A stretch of DNA of 64,000 nt from Amoebidium appalachense (GCA_963693365.1 CAVNZM010000012.1:372001-436000), one strand, 5' to 3'; counted from the stretch's first letter, positions 14,391 through 39,874 are shown. Program-made: numbers and translations. Notes: generated from the letters alone by a model not told the origin.

Positions 14391-14746
14391 CCATACATGT
14401 GCAGACATTAGAGCCACACATAAGTTTCCGCTCTCTAAACTCTTGGGTACTCTCGGATTGGATCATGGAGACCGGAGGTGACCGGGTATGAGTGATTCAG
14501 AACTGACTGATGCAGAATTTTTGCGGTATATCTCGTGTATCTGAAATCATCAACACCGTTGTAAAAGAACAAGGCTTACAGGGGATGGCTGAATTTGAAA
14601 TAAGATATACAGCGCCCCATTCTTTTTTTCAAAAATTAAGATAACAGAAACTGCCAACCCTTGTGGGTTTTCAAGAACATGCCCCCGTTCCCCCCCCCCC
14701 CCCCTCCCCCCCTCCCCCCCCGCCGCCCCCCCCCCTTCCCCCCCCG

Positions 14747-14786
<40 letters not shown>

Positions 14787-15151
14787 TCCCCCCCTCCCCC
14801 CCCCTCCCCCGAAGGGGAAATTACCGAACATGAGGTTATGGTCCCCAATAATAACAAAATAAGACAATTAGGCCCCATTTGAAAGTACCCATCTTTATTT
14901 CAGCCACCCTTGCTTCCTGCATGTGTAATTAGACGTGGTGAACCTAGTACTCGGGGGGGGGGGGGGGGGGGGGGGGGGGGGATGGGGCGGAAGGGGGGCA
15001 CGAGGAACAAGTTGGAGTGGTAGATGGTACCCTGGTGATGGCTGTAGCGAACACCAGCTGTGACTGTGCCGCTGTGTGTGTGTGTGTGTGTGTGCGTGTG
15101 GTGTGTGTGTGTGCGTGTGTGGTGTGTGTGTGCGTGTGTGGTGCGTGTGTG

Positions 15152-15202
<51 letters not shown>

Positions 15203-15944
15203 TGTGTGTGTTCAAGTTGTGTGTCTGTGTGTCTGTGTGTGCATTGATGTGCAAGTCACGGCGTGTGCGCGCATGCACGACGTGTGTGTGCGGTTGTGCA
15301 GTGTGTGTACATGTTGGGTGGGGGAGTGTCCGAGCGTGGATCGAAGGCCGTCCTTAGGGGGAGTGGGGATCCGGAGGGGGGGGGGGGGGGGGGAGGGGGG
15401 GGGGGGAGGGGTGGAGGGAAGCTGGGGAGGGGGGCCCGGAGAGGAGGGGGGGAGGGGGGAGGGGATGGGGGGGGGTGGGGGGTGGGGGGAAGCAGTCACT
15501 ACGGCAGTATGAACCACACCATGGTAACTCACACGTTGTTTATTGATTTTCCCTTCATCATGACACTACACAACCCCGCCATTCAATGGCAACAAGGACC
15601 TATGCACCTACATATCTCACTTGCACTCTCGCGATCGGAACATTTTGACTCCGCTGTGAAAAATGGAATGAACCCTGCTACCGTTTGATCGCTACGCAGT
15701 ATACACATTACTATAAATACACAGCATTATGCCTATATACGTGATTTTGGCCAATATATCTACACTTGGTTAAAAAAGGGGTGAAACAAGAGGTGCTAGC
15801 ACGCCACATGGCGTGCAATGCCAAACAAAACAAGGCCAAGTGGACACAACATACCACGTGAAAGCACGTCAATTTGTTGAAAAACAAATACACATCATAG
15901 CGCCTAAGCCCGCACACACCATACTCACAACACCACCATCGTCT

Positions 15945-16191
15945 TCATTCGATCCTCTCCACATAGTTGCTAGGAAAGTCCCCCACTCTCCCTGTTGTTT
16001 TGTTTGTGCCGTACCACCACTCCCCCGTTGCTTCTTCCACAACCACAATGTCTCCGACGGAAAGGGGGAGGTCGGATCGACACTCAGGGTTGAAGGCATA
16101 CAGAACACGAACCTGTGGTTGCGGGGGGGGGGGGGGGGGGGGAGGGGGGGGGGAGAGAGAGAGGGAGAGAGGGAGAGAGGGAGAGAGGGGG

Positions 16192-16260
<69 letters not shown>

Positions 16261-18251
16261 AGGGAGGGAGGGAGAGAGTGTGTGTGTGTGGCATTTGAAT
16301 GCGTGTGTGTGTGAAGGAGAAATTCAGTGACTCCGAGTGATTGAAATGTGCCCACGACACCTGCATTATCTGCCAGTTAGCACGTGCCACCGTGCAATAA
16401 TCCTCAGTGCGTGTATTGAGGCGAATTTCAAGAGTCTTGTGCATATGTGGGTGCATGCGCCGACGCAAAAAGACAATTTCAATTATAACAGTGAAGCACC
16501 CGGGGCCTTGGGGTGTGCGCTTCTATAGCTGGTATCATACATGTGTGTGTGCACTTCTATAGCTGGTATCATACATGTGTGTGCACTTCTATAGCTGGTA
16601 TCATACATGGGTGCATCTCCCTGTAGCTCATTTAAATGCCACCGGGTTCAAAGACACCAATGGGAATCTTGGTGGTAGTGGTGGTTTTCCTTTCCCCATT
16701 AGATACAAGGGTCGTAAAGGTGGCCAAGGTGAAAGGTTTGCCTTAATTGCGTGGCAGTGTGTGCAGGGAGGGGGGTGGGGGGTGGGGGGGTGGGGGGTAG
16801 GGAGGGGGATGAGGTGAAGTGCTCGGAATTTGCACTAGCGACCAACTTGAAAGCGAGATGGATGGGCAGCCAGAGGACTCGGAGGATTAAGGCCAAGGGG
16901 GGGGGGGGGGGGGGGGGGAGACGGGGGATGGGGCAGGTGGCAAGAAGGGGCAGGAGGGACCGGAGGGTGAGAGGGGAGGGAGGGGGGGGGGGGGTAGAGG
17001 GGGGTTCAATCTCACCTTGAAAAATGCTGGGGGTCTTGGAGGCACCGCCTTCCCCGTTGATCCTGACCGTGGGCGGTTGGTGGTGGGGGTGGTGAGGAGG
17101 GTGGTGGGGGTGGTGGTGGTGTCGCTGTTGCTGTTGCTGCGATACAGAGAGGGGGGGGCTGGCCCAAACGTGCTAGTGGTAGTCGTGCTGTCGGGGGAGG
17201 GGGGGGGAGGGAGGTGGGGAGGTGGGGGGGAGGGGGAGGGGAATGACGATGAGAGATATTGGGAAAGTAGCCTTAGCCCATGGGGGCGGAAGGGGAGGGG
17301 AGGGGGGGATGGGTTGGCTGGGTGGAGGGGTTGGGGGGGGGGGGGGGGGGGGACGGGGGCGGAAAGGGGGAGGGGGTTAGGGGCAGAATGTGTTATAGAG
17401 TGCGGAGTACACATTCACATTCATGACGGACAACATAATGAAGAGTGCAGAGCACACGTAATGAGTATGCATGTAGTGTTTGGGTGGCTGGTTGGGTGGG
17501 TGGGGTGGGGGGAAGTGTGTTGAGTGGGGGTGAGCGTGGAGTGGGCGGATGGGGGGGGAGGTGGGGAAGGGGGGGTGGGGATGGGGGTGGGGGGGCGTCT
17601 GCCGGGGGGGGGGGGGGGGGGGAAGGGGAGAGGGGGGGGGGGGGGAGGGGGGAGGGGAGGGAGGGGGGTGTAGTCAAGGAAGTGTCGGATGTGTGTGTCT
17701 GTTGCTGGACAGTCTGAGGATGAAAGTTTGGACTAAGGGGTGCATGTATGCAATGTGGGCACACCTATAGGACCGTGTGCGTGTGTGTGGCTCTGTGTGC
17801 CTGTGTGCCATTCTCTCTCTCCCTCTCTCTCCCTCTCTCTCTCTCTCTCTCTCCCCCTCTCCTCATTTCTCTCTCTGGGTGCGTGTCACGAGTCTCTCTC
17901 TCTCCTATCTATCTATCTCTCTCTCTCTCTCTCTCTCACACATACACACACACACACACACACAAAAACACGCACACACACACACTCTCTCGCTGTGTAT
18001 GTTTCTTCACCCCCTCCCCCCCCCTCCCCCCCCCCCCCCCCCCCCCACCACCATCTCTCCGTTTTTCATGTGTGTCTGTGTGTGTCTGCGCACGACCGTG
18101 TGTGTGTCTGCATGTGTGCGTGCGTGCGTGTGTTCCAGCTGGTAAAGAACAGACACTTACGATCCCACATTGACGTTAGCCTTCAACTTGCCGAGCGCTT
18201 TGTAGAAGTTTGGGAAGTGGGCATACGGTGTCTCGACCTTGCCAAGCACAA

Positions 18252-18334
<83 letters not shown>

Positions 18335-18832
18335 GCGCGCATATGCGTAGGTGCGTGAAGCCATGGTTAGAATCTATATAGTTTATCCAGAGAGTTTACA
18401 ATGTGTGAGTGATGTGCAAAGAATTGACAGTTTGTGCGAGTGCGTAATTTATCAATATTTAAATAGTTAATAGTATTTATAAATATTTAACAGTTTGTGT
18501 GTGTAACATGCAAGAGTCATCCTGCGTGTACGTGATCTACATAACATCCCTTTCCTGTGTTTGTATGAAGGGGCTCCTTCCATTTTACCTTTGAGTGTAG
18601 CAGAAGAGATATGCACAGAATTAAATGGCAGTGGGTTAGGCTACAACAACCCAAAATGGTATTAGGGAAGAGGTACGGGGGCGGGAGAGGGAGGAAGAGA
18701 AAACGAAAGAGGGGTCAAGGGGGGGAGGGGGGGGGGGGGGGGTTAAGAAGCATGGAAGGGCCTAGGGTGCACAGAGCCAAGCACAAGGATAGACACAGAC
18801 ATTGCAGGGTGCAGCATGCAGGTACATGCACG

Positions 18833-18901
<69 letters not shown>

Positions 18902-19338
18902 TGCAACACAGGCAGAGAACGGGTAGGCAGTTTGGCAGGGTGGGGTGGCGACGAGCGGAGGAGATATGGATTGGGTGGTAAATGGGTGTGGGGTGAGGTG
19001 GGTTTGGGGGGGGGGGGGGGGGGGGGGGGGGGAATAGGCAACAGTTGGGTGGGAATGGCAAACAGGAAGGAAAAAGAATGGGCGGCGGGGGGGGGGGGGG
19101 GGGGGGGGGGGGGAAGCTCCAGACAACTGCGTGCATGGCTTCCATAATCCCCCCCCCCCCCCCCCCCCCTCTCTCTCCACCCTCTCCTCCTTCTTCCCTG
19201 GCGTCCCCTCTCCCATATACCTCCATCCCGGGCAAACAAAACCCAAATTGCATCAAACTATAACAGCTAGAATGACTAGAATGGGGGGGAAAGGGAAGGG
19301 ACACTAAAGGGGGGAGGGGGGGGGAGGTCAGGGTGTGT

Positions 19339-19369
<31 letters not shown>

Positions 19370-19727
19370 GGGGGGGGGGGAAGGGGATGATAAGGAAAGG
19401 GGGCAGGTCCAAGAAACAGGGGGGAGGGATAAAGATGGGGGAAAAGGGGATAAACGGGTTTTAGAAGGAAAGGGGTGGGTGGGCATGTGTTTTGAGGTTA
19501 TAAGGGGGAGGAGGGGCGGGGACGGGGCGGGGGGAGGGGGGGTGAGGGGCGGGGGGAGGGGGGGGGGGGGGGGGGGGGGGGGGAGGGGGGGGGGGGGTGG
19601 ATATGATGAAAAGGGATGTACCTTGAGCCGAAATCTTCTCTCCGTAGAACTTTTTGTTTTCACTATCACGGATGACAATGCCTGGGGGGACAGTGGACTG
19701 TCAATCTGCGTGTTTGTGCGCAGGTGC

Positions 19728-19783
<56 letters not shown>

Positions 19784-19822
19784 GTGTGTGTGCATGTGTG
19801 TGTACTTTTTGGGTGTGTGTAT

Positions 19823-19878
<56 letters not shown>

Positions 19879-22163
19879 ATGTGTGTCCCTCTGTGCAAAC
19901 AATTGCTCCTCTCCTCCATACAACAGGATAACCTCGAGCGACCGTTAGATGTGCCGCATAAGAACATGCACGAACACAGACACAGCCAGAGCTCACAGCC
20001 AGCCAGTAAGCATGTGTGCCGCGGGATCCATTGGCACACAGGCGCGCACGGAGATTTGTGGATAGGTGTGTGCGTGTATGCATGTGTGGCTGTCTTGCGT
20101 GTGCATGCACTTCCACTTCGATAACCAGGTAATGGTGTCTCGTATGCATACACACACATGCCAAAAATGCTCCTCAAGCACGTGTGTGTGCCTGCCTACC
20201 CACCTGCGCCTTCCAGAGACATGCCAGCAAACAGCCCCTTAGAGTTTGAGTACGTGTAGACGGCTGCAGGATTCTTCAATGCAACATCTGTGAACAAACA
20301 CACCCTCAGAAATTGCCCCCCCCTGCCCTCACTTCGCCCCCTTCTCCCCTCCCCCCCCCCCCCCCCCCACACACACACCCAAACACACACACACACACAC
20401 CCTCTTCAACACCACAGCAACAGCACCAAAACAGACCCCCTCCGATGTGTCCCACCTTCAAATCCCACTCAGGGAAAGCAGCAAGCACACAGAGGCCACT
20501 CAAAAGTTGGTGCCATCAAGATGGTACTCTTCTGCTCATTGCAACCGATCCCCTCCCCCTTAATACACACACACACAAACACACACACACAAGCACACAC
20601 GTGCCCCCTCCACTACCCCCATCACCTCCTCACCACACAGACACAGACACACACACAGACACACACACACACACACACACACAGACACACACACACACAC
20701 AAGATATGGTTGCCACACCTCTATGGCACCATCACGGCAAACACGTACACATACCCCCCCCCCCCCCCCCAACCCCCTAACCACGCCTCCTCCTCCCCCC
20801 CCCCCCCCCCCCCCCCCCCCCCAAATACACACACACACAAACACTTTGAATTCTCCCCGTCCCCCCAACTTCCACCGGAAACCACGAAAAAGAACGCCTA
20901 AAAAAACGTGCGCGCCCAGATAAAGGAACACACAACAATACCTCATGCACAAACACACCGATAAGCACCCACACAACCCACACCTCATTCTCCCCCCCCC
21001 CCTCCCCCCAAAAGGAAAAAAAAAAGAAAAAAATCACGCACCCCCCTCTGCCGCCTTTCCCACAGGCCCAGCTGCTGCGCTGATTCCAGCCCCCAGAGTC
21101 ACATTGCCACTACAGAAGGCTTTGACGGCCGCCTCCGTATTGAGAATCTGGCCCCCCACACAAACCAGTCATCTATCCATTCCTTCTCCCCATGTCCACC
21201 GACCCGCCGTCCCCCCCCCCCCCCCCCCCGACACGTACACACACCAGCCATCTATCCATCCCCCCCTCCCCCCCCCCCCCGTTCCCATTTCCAACCCCAC
21301 CCCCCCTCCCCATCCATTCCATGTGTCCCCTACTCTTCTCCCCCTTTAAATTCTTATCACGCCACATACTTCTTCTATATGCCCCCTCCTCCCCTCCCCC
21401 CAACCCACCACACGCACACCCATCCACCCACCGAAGGAAAAAAAAGGAACTCGCTACCACCACCAAACCCTTGAAACCCAACCATCCCCCTGACACACAC
21501 TCGAACTTGAATACAACCTTAATCAGTCCACGTCAGACCGGCATATTTGCTTGCCCATCTACTCCCCCCCCCTCCCCCCCTCCCCCCTCCCCCCACCTCT
21601 ACCCCAAGCAATAAACAAAGCCCTCCGGTCCCCCCCTCCCCCTCCTTCCCCCCCCTTCTTGTAATGCCAACACATAACCGTTTTACAACAACCGAAGCAA
21701 AACCATCCCCATATTAAAGCAGTGTTTTTAGCTGCCACTCTATCCATAATGCCCAATCACGACTATCAGAACTGTAAAACTCCCCCTCAACCAAAATGTC
21801 TCTCCAGCCCTCGTCACCATGATATCTGCAAAAATTCTCCACACCATCACTATAACTGCCACCCCCCCTGCCCCCGCGTCTCGCCGTCATTCTAACTGGA
21901 CCCCCCTCCCCCCTCCCCCCCCTTCCCCCCTCCCCACAATCATTATGTTTCCAAAAATCCCATCATCAACATCATGTCCGCTAAAAAAAAACAAAAAAAC
22001 AAAAAAAAGAAAAAAAAAGCCGTCATTTATGTCTATAAACCCCCCCCTCACCATCATGATGTCAGTCAGCTGGGCACCAATCTGCAGGCCCCAGCCCCCC
22101 CCAGCCATCTCAATAGCTGCAGGGGCACCCCAACCATCCCTCTTGTTGTAGCCCACAACAATG

Positions 22164-22236
<73 letters not shown>

Positions 22237-22801
22237 GTGCGCGCGTGTGTGTATGTGTGTGTTTGGGGAAAGGGATGAGGGAGTGAGGGATTGTCAGCAT
22301 CATAAAGCGATGACGCCAGTTCAACCCTTCCCCTCCCGACACACACACACACCCGAATACCCATTTCATTCCTGTCTCAGTTTGTGGATATAGAAGTTCA
22401 CAAGAGTCACATGCCCACACACCTCCACAAGGCCATTTTTGAGCCCTTTCGATTCAAGTCCGTAAGGTGTCACAGCGGCACTAGAAAGACACGAACATGT
22501 AGTTAACCCCCTCCTCACCCTCCCCCCCCCCCCACTCCCCCTACCCAGAGGTGTTGTCCAAAGTCTGCTTGATTTTAGGCCCCCCTGCTCCCCCCCCCCC
22601 CCCCCAAAAAAAAAAGGGTGTGGTTTCAGGAGTCTAGTATGAGTTAAAGCCATCTTTGCTTTTACAGTTCTGTAGATTCAGCCACTTTCTCCGAGGTACC
22701 CCCCTCCCCCCCCCCCCCCCCTCTCCCCCTCTCCCCCAAACACACACACACACACACACATAACACACGCATGCACACACACACACACACACACACCTCC
22801 C

Positions 22802-22838
<37 letters not shown>

Positions 22839-22962
22839 CTCTTCACACTCTAGCCACCAAATATTTGTCGCAGAGCCCGAAAACCCTCGGCCCTTCCCCT
22901 CCCCTCCTCATCCAAGCCTATAGGCAGGTATCAGGTTGGCGGAAGGGGGGGAAAAGGCGGCG

Positions 22963-23017
<55 letters not shown>

Positions 23018-23902
23018 AGACCGCTTCCTGCGCGCACACTGAAGGTGAAGCCAACCTTCATAACACTCAGCACGGCAATACCGCGGCATTTTTGATACAC
23101 AGCCTCGGGCACAAATTTCTGCAACAACACAGAATCAGCACACGTGCAGTGGTGCGCTTGGTTGCATCGTAATCGCGAGTAGGGCAAAGGCGAGACCATC
23201 ACGTGTAAAAAATAGTGACGACAGCAAGGCTGGGGACCACACAGATAGCATGCAAGGGGACTGTGGGAAGATGAAAAATGACACGAACTTGTGGTCACGA
23301 CAAGAAAATTTTCAAGATACCAGCCAAAGAGAGGGGAGCTAGAAGGGGGCCAGAAAGGTGGGTGGGTGTGTGGGTTGGTTGGGGGGGGGGAGGGGGGGAG
23401 GGCAGAGGAGGGGGGCGGGGGCGGGGGGGGGGAGGGGGGTTGATGCAAGTGCTGATGACGTTCATGTCCTGACGGAGTGAAACCCAAAGATGCCGGCGTG
23501 GGGAGCATGGATGGGGAGGAAGCATGGCGGGTGGGGGGAAGTGGAATTGTGGTCAGGAACAGGGGGAAAAAAATAAAACGAGCTGCAATGCACAAGACAC
23601 GATAAGTACGCCGCTTGATCGTATTTTGCCCTCTGCTCGCCTCACGGCCACCCACACAACACCATCCCAACTCATCTACCTCCACTTGAGAGGCTTCTCC
23701 CTTCTATCCCTCTTGCCCAGCACATGCACCACTAGACTACAAACTTCCTCGTTTATGTATTTATAAATACACATGCCTTGGTCTACAACCACAGTTACAA
23801 AAGGGGGGCTCCAAACCAACGCACCTGCTTGAGAAAGGACTCTATTATTCTTGTCGCCCCGTCCACCTCCTTCTTCATGTTTTGCGGCAGAGGATTAGGC
23901 AT
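15945..23902 (-). CDS. SH3YL1: SH3YL1/Ysc84/Lsb3-family protein (SYLF lipid/actin-binding domain, Pro-rich linker, C-terminal SH3)
   Basis: Exons 23902-23825 ([13 protein letters not shown]), 23118-23022 ([20 protein letters not shown]), 22164-22052 ([14 protein letters not shown]), 21147-21042 ([17 protein letters not shown]), 20287-20204 ([17 protein letters not shown]), 19681-19622 ([10 protein letters not shown]), 18254-18161, a linker exon ending 17016 (start uncertain, ~17271) and SH3 exon 16112-15945 ([23 protein letters not shown]). Phases are compatible. Confidence 0.93.
16520..16609 (+). repeat. Tandem repeat, 3 copies of ~32-34 bp, in the last SH3YL1 intron
   Basis: CTTCTATAGCTGGTATCATACATG at 16520, 16554 and 16586. 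Confidence 0.9.
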
Positions 23903-24471
23903 GATGACTGTACACGTGAGTGACTAGAAAAGTAAGAAGTAGAAAGGTTTGCAACTTACAAAAAGGACTAACTCTGCTTCTGTTGAGACGTTTACAAAAC
24001 AGAGAAAGCAAACTGAGACAACAAGAAAGAAAAAGTGTTGGCGAGCAAAGAGCCTCAGAGTCACAGAACAAAAACTCAAAGCGCAATCAAATTTGTTTTG
24101 ATTTTTATCCGTTTCAGGGTGTGCAAATCATTTGCATGTATTACAGTGTAATTTACACATTCCACTGTTGGTCCAGCATTTTATTTTTGCCAACCAAGTG
24201 AATAATCAAGGCTATTCAGCTCCACACATACTGTATGTAAATTGCTTATGGTAAAAGCGTATAAGTGAAATTCAAGCTACTCATGTACATACTCACCTTT
24301 ACAACAGAGTCGGGCTGTACATACTCGGGCGCCTGTGAGGGGGGCCGGGGCCGTGACCCAACGTTTCAAGCCCTGCAATTTATTGTGATTATCAAATCAA
24401 ATTATCATTACGTAATTCCAGACGTTGGCCAATCACAGGCCGCCGTTTCCGATAAGCTCCTGCCCGCAACT

Positions 24472-25007
24472 GGTTCGATTCGTGTCAAAAGCCAGATTGC
24501 CAGATTGCCAGAATGCCAGAATTTTGATGGCATTCCAGAAAAGCTAGATTTCGGTCCGGTTCTTGTAGAGCTAAAATCTAGCTTTTTGGGTCAAGAAGGC
24601 ACTTGCCATTTTGCGCGGTAATAGAATATCTTGGCTTATCTTAATGAACAATAATAGTTTTGAAATATTATTTAAATAATTTTTATTTTGTTAAATGGGC
24701 ATTTATTACCAAGTTTTATGCATTTTTGAAAAGCTATACTAATAAGGCAAAACGCCTAGGATTGGATACGAACTTTATATGGTGCTGGCATGGCCAATCG
24801 TAAGGCGCAGGGTCAATCTGGCAATCTGGAAGGGGGGGGGGGGGGTCGCCAGATTCTGGAATCTGGAAGAGGGGTCAATTTGAATCTGGCCTTAAAATTT
24901 TGTTTAAATTTTACGTTCCGATTCGATTGATCGACGAATAACCATTTTTGGCGAGGCGGTTTTTAATCTGGCAATCTGGCAATCTGGCTTTTGACACGAA
25001 TCGAACC
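24472..25007. mobile_element. Non-autonomous TIR element (MITE, 536 bp), PIF/Harbinger-like
   Basis: 41-bp perfect TIR GGTTCGATTCGTGTCAAAAGCCAGATTGCCAGATTGCCAGA; 3-bp TSD ACT at 24469-24471 and 25008-25010; many internal (T)GCCAGA/TCTGG(CA) motifs; no ORF. Confidence 0.88.
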
Positions 25008-25846
25008 ACTTGCAAGGCTCACGGTCCGTGCATGCCGGCTCGGATCCGGACGAGTCCTTTGCAGTGAGTCGGGCGGAGAATGAGATTCCGGTACGTACGC
25101 CTCCCCCCGGTCTCGCCTGCCGGTAGACTGCGGAAGAGTCCCGGCCTTCCAGGCTCTGGTGGAAGCCCCCGTAGTGAGCCTGCAGGGGAAAATCGAGGAT
25201 ACATGGCATTGCCATTGCGCGCGGGATGGGCTCATGCATATGCAGTGCACGTAAAAGGCCTTCGGACTTGTGGTACGTATCCCGGTACCGTAGGCTCGAA
25301 CGAGCCTATATGTTTTGAACTAAGGTCCCTATCTATAGTTACAGCAGTGTACAGTGGAGATATGGTAGCACGCACGTGTGATGCTACTCAGTACTTGGCA
25401 CCACCGTTAACGTCATCGTCACGTGCACGCAGGCCCGTTGTAGACGCTCTGTCAATGACCAGCCAGCCCTTCACATGTATATGCATGGTGGGTGTGCGAG
25501 GAATGCCCAACTAATGTGATTTATATTAGTTGTGTGTACGCGCGCTCATCTACAAAACGCCGGTGATGGTTCCTCCCGTTGGCTATTAGTAGCTAACTTG
25601 CACGTGATCTCACGACATGGACAACAAGGCTGGCGTGGTGTCGGAAGAGGAACATTTTGGACACACGTGTGCGTGCACGTGTCGTGAAAACATGAGCATC
25701 ATCTGGTGCATCTGGCCTGCTCGAGTATCTAAACATGGGTTCGAACTTCACTGGGTTGGGAATAAGCTTGCACTGTAGCTCGGTTCAACTTGTTTTAGGG
25801 GTGTAAAATCATAACTTTGTACTCGTGGTGTGCTTGCAACACTCGC

Positions 25847-25986
<140 letters not shown>

Positions 25987-27089
25987 CACGGTGTGTGTGT
26001 GTGTACAAGCTTGCAATGGCACGTGAGCAGCATACGACAGTCCCGCCACAGCCAGTTTTAAGGTGCCTTTAACTTATGAGATGGAACTGAAGTTCGAAGA
26101 GTTGGATCTGCCCCCGGCCATGTCGTGGTAGAGAAACGTTAAAATTTACCTTTGAAGGCGCCGGAAGGCGGGAAATCAATTTGATAACCGGGGGCACTAG
26201 TGATTCGATGTGCAAAGGTGCGTAGCTTTATTACCAAACCCGCTTGGAGCCTTATAACCAATTCCTGCACCAGTCTCATATCGGAATGCACCGTGGCCAT
26301 CCAGGTGGCCCGCCTTCCGAGCTACAATAGCTGAGCGTGAAAAGTTGACTCCTTGAAAGCCTTCCTTTGACGTAAAGTCGTCAACTGAGAGTTCGGAGTT
26401 CGGCCGCACCTGCACACAAGTGACACCCTATACTCTGCAGAACCTTTGCAGTCGCACAATAATAATGGTAACAAACTCTTTGGAACACCAAATACAATCT
26501 CTTGAAAGGTCAAAAGTTCTGTTGAATAACTATATAAACTAATATACTTAAATAAACTGGTATAGTTATAACTTAGATACAAATTTGTAAGAGAATTTGG
26601 GATACTGGGGCATATCCGAATTCCAGAAACCCCATAAATTGGATAATTCATAGGGGTGTTCTACAGTTCAAGTTTTTGGCGGGATTTCACAGCCCTGTTT
26701 GGTTCGTCCAAAGCACCACGATATTATCCCCCCAGAAAAGTGTAAATTTCATTACCAACAGCGCTTGATAAGAATAGGCAATTATTGAGACTGGCCGCTG
26801 CCAGGCCCGCTGGCAGCGGCCGTGAGCAATTGACGGCCGTAGCTTTAATTTAAAATATAACGGGTGGAGGCACCATGAAGTCTGCTAAAAACATAAAGCG
26901 AAGAGATGACGTCGTGATCATTGGCAGTAGCACCACATACGTATGCATCACAGTATTAGTTGTGTGCATATAGATGTGGTATCTGATGTACAGGGCTGGA
27001 AATAAAGTGTTTCTAACACTTAATATACGGCTAATTCTCAAAAAAAACAGTAAAGATTTGGGGGTACAGTATAAAAAAGCAAGCAATCT

Positions 27090-27900
27090 TTTTTTCATTT
27101 GACTGGGATTTATTGATCAGTTGATACGAAGGCAACGTGCAGCCACAGGCTACATGACCACCAGAATAACCGAATTCGAAAAAGCCAAGGTGATGAAATA
27201 AAATAAAACAACAAGTGACCAAAGGACACCAGGCTGAGCTGGCAAAGGTACAAGTGCACGTCACGGTGCATGCGTGAAACTAGTTTGCTCCAACTAGTCA
27301 GATGCATCGATGTTGACCAGACCACACTCCGCAAGAAGACATCATTACTGCTGCTTCCCAACAGGCCCCCCTCAAAACCTACCGGGGCACAGCAAGCAAG
27401 TCAGCCCTTGAAAGAGCAATGCAGACCAAAACCGAACAAGAAAACAATCCCCACGGGCCCGGCCCCTAGAAACCCCGCAGAAACTGCATCTAGCTCCCTG
27501 ATAAGGTGGCCTAGTTGTGGCAGGACACACAGGAGAACACATTTACAGAATGCATGCAAGGAAACCCGGTCATTGCCATACGACTGGAGGCTAAGAACTG
27601 GCAGTCACTGGGAAAGCTCCCCGACGACCCAGTACTAGTAGGCTAAGCCGCCCCTCCACTCACGAAGTAGCTGAAGAAGTTGCAGCAGCCCACCGCCAAT
27701 AGGTCGCGTAGAAGCATAGACAGCGTGTAGAAGTTACCGTGGGTTGCAGTGGACCACCAGGCGTTGAAGAAACCCCTTCTCAAGCGAGAAACTCCGCGAA
27801 AGGGAGATGCCCCCACACTCTCACAGCAGTAGGAATACACCAGGCCACATCACACACACGCTGCACTCACGTTCCCCTGAGTGGGACTCCCTCCCACCAC
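27090..27900 (-). mobile_element. 5'-truncated, degenerate non-LTR retrotransposon remnant
   Basis: The minus strand reads, across frameshifts, WEGVPLR/ERECSVC...GHL...SRLRRGFF, resembling the C-terminal CCHC region of LINE ORF2. It is followed by a 3'UTR-like stretch ending AATAAA...AAATGAAAAAAAA near 27090. Confidence 0.5.
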
Positions 27901-28447
27901 AAAAAGAAGAAACGAAAGCCTTTATATACCTGCCATGGTGAAGAATCGGGGAAAAAAGTTGACGTGACAGCTAAGAGATCGAAGTGAAAGTGAAGCCAAT
28001 CTCGAGGCCAATTAGCGGGGGCGATCCGCCAGGTGTCAATACAGTAATTTTTTTTGGTGATTTCCAGCCCTGCTGATGTAGAGTGACAGTTGCGAAAAAA
28101 TTTAAAATGACAGTTGTGAGAAAAGTTCTAGGGTGATCTCAGTCATCTCGTCTCGAAGTTTATATATGTACGTGCTGCTCCGAAACTAAACTACAATCGA
28201 GGAAAACACGTGTGGTTTTTGTGGTGTGTTGCAATTGTTAGAACAACATGTTAACATATATTTAATATTATACACCTTATGCTTGCTCATTTAGCGGGTT
28301 AAATGTATATTGCACGCAGAACCCGCACAACCCTTGGTAAAGCCAACAAGCTGGTCTTGTTTTCCAGTCTCACCCCACCCACCCCGAATAGCATATAGCA
28401 TCATCCTTCGTTTACAGACCATTAACACAAGGTCGCTTGTCGGGGCC

Positions 28448-39874
<11,427 letters not shown>

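Noticed and set aside
17393-17764. Additional Pro-rich SH3YL1 exon
   Set aside because: All nearby acceptors give a stop in the required phase; it cannot be resolved because homopolymer length errors are possible.
23452-23485. CTGATGA...GAAA hammerhead core
   Set aside because: Stem II does not abut GAAA and no stems I or III form.
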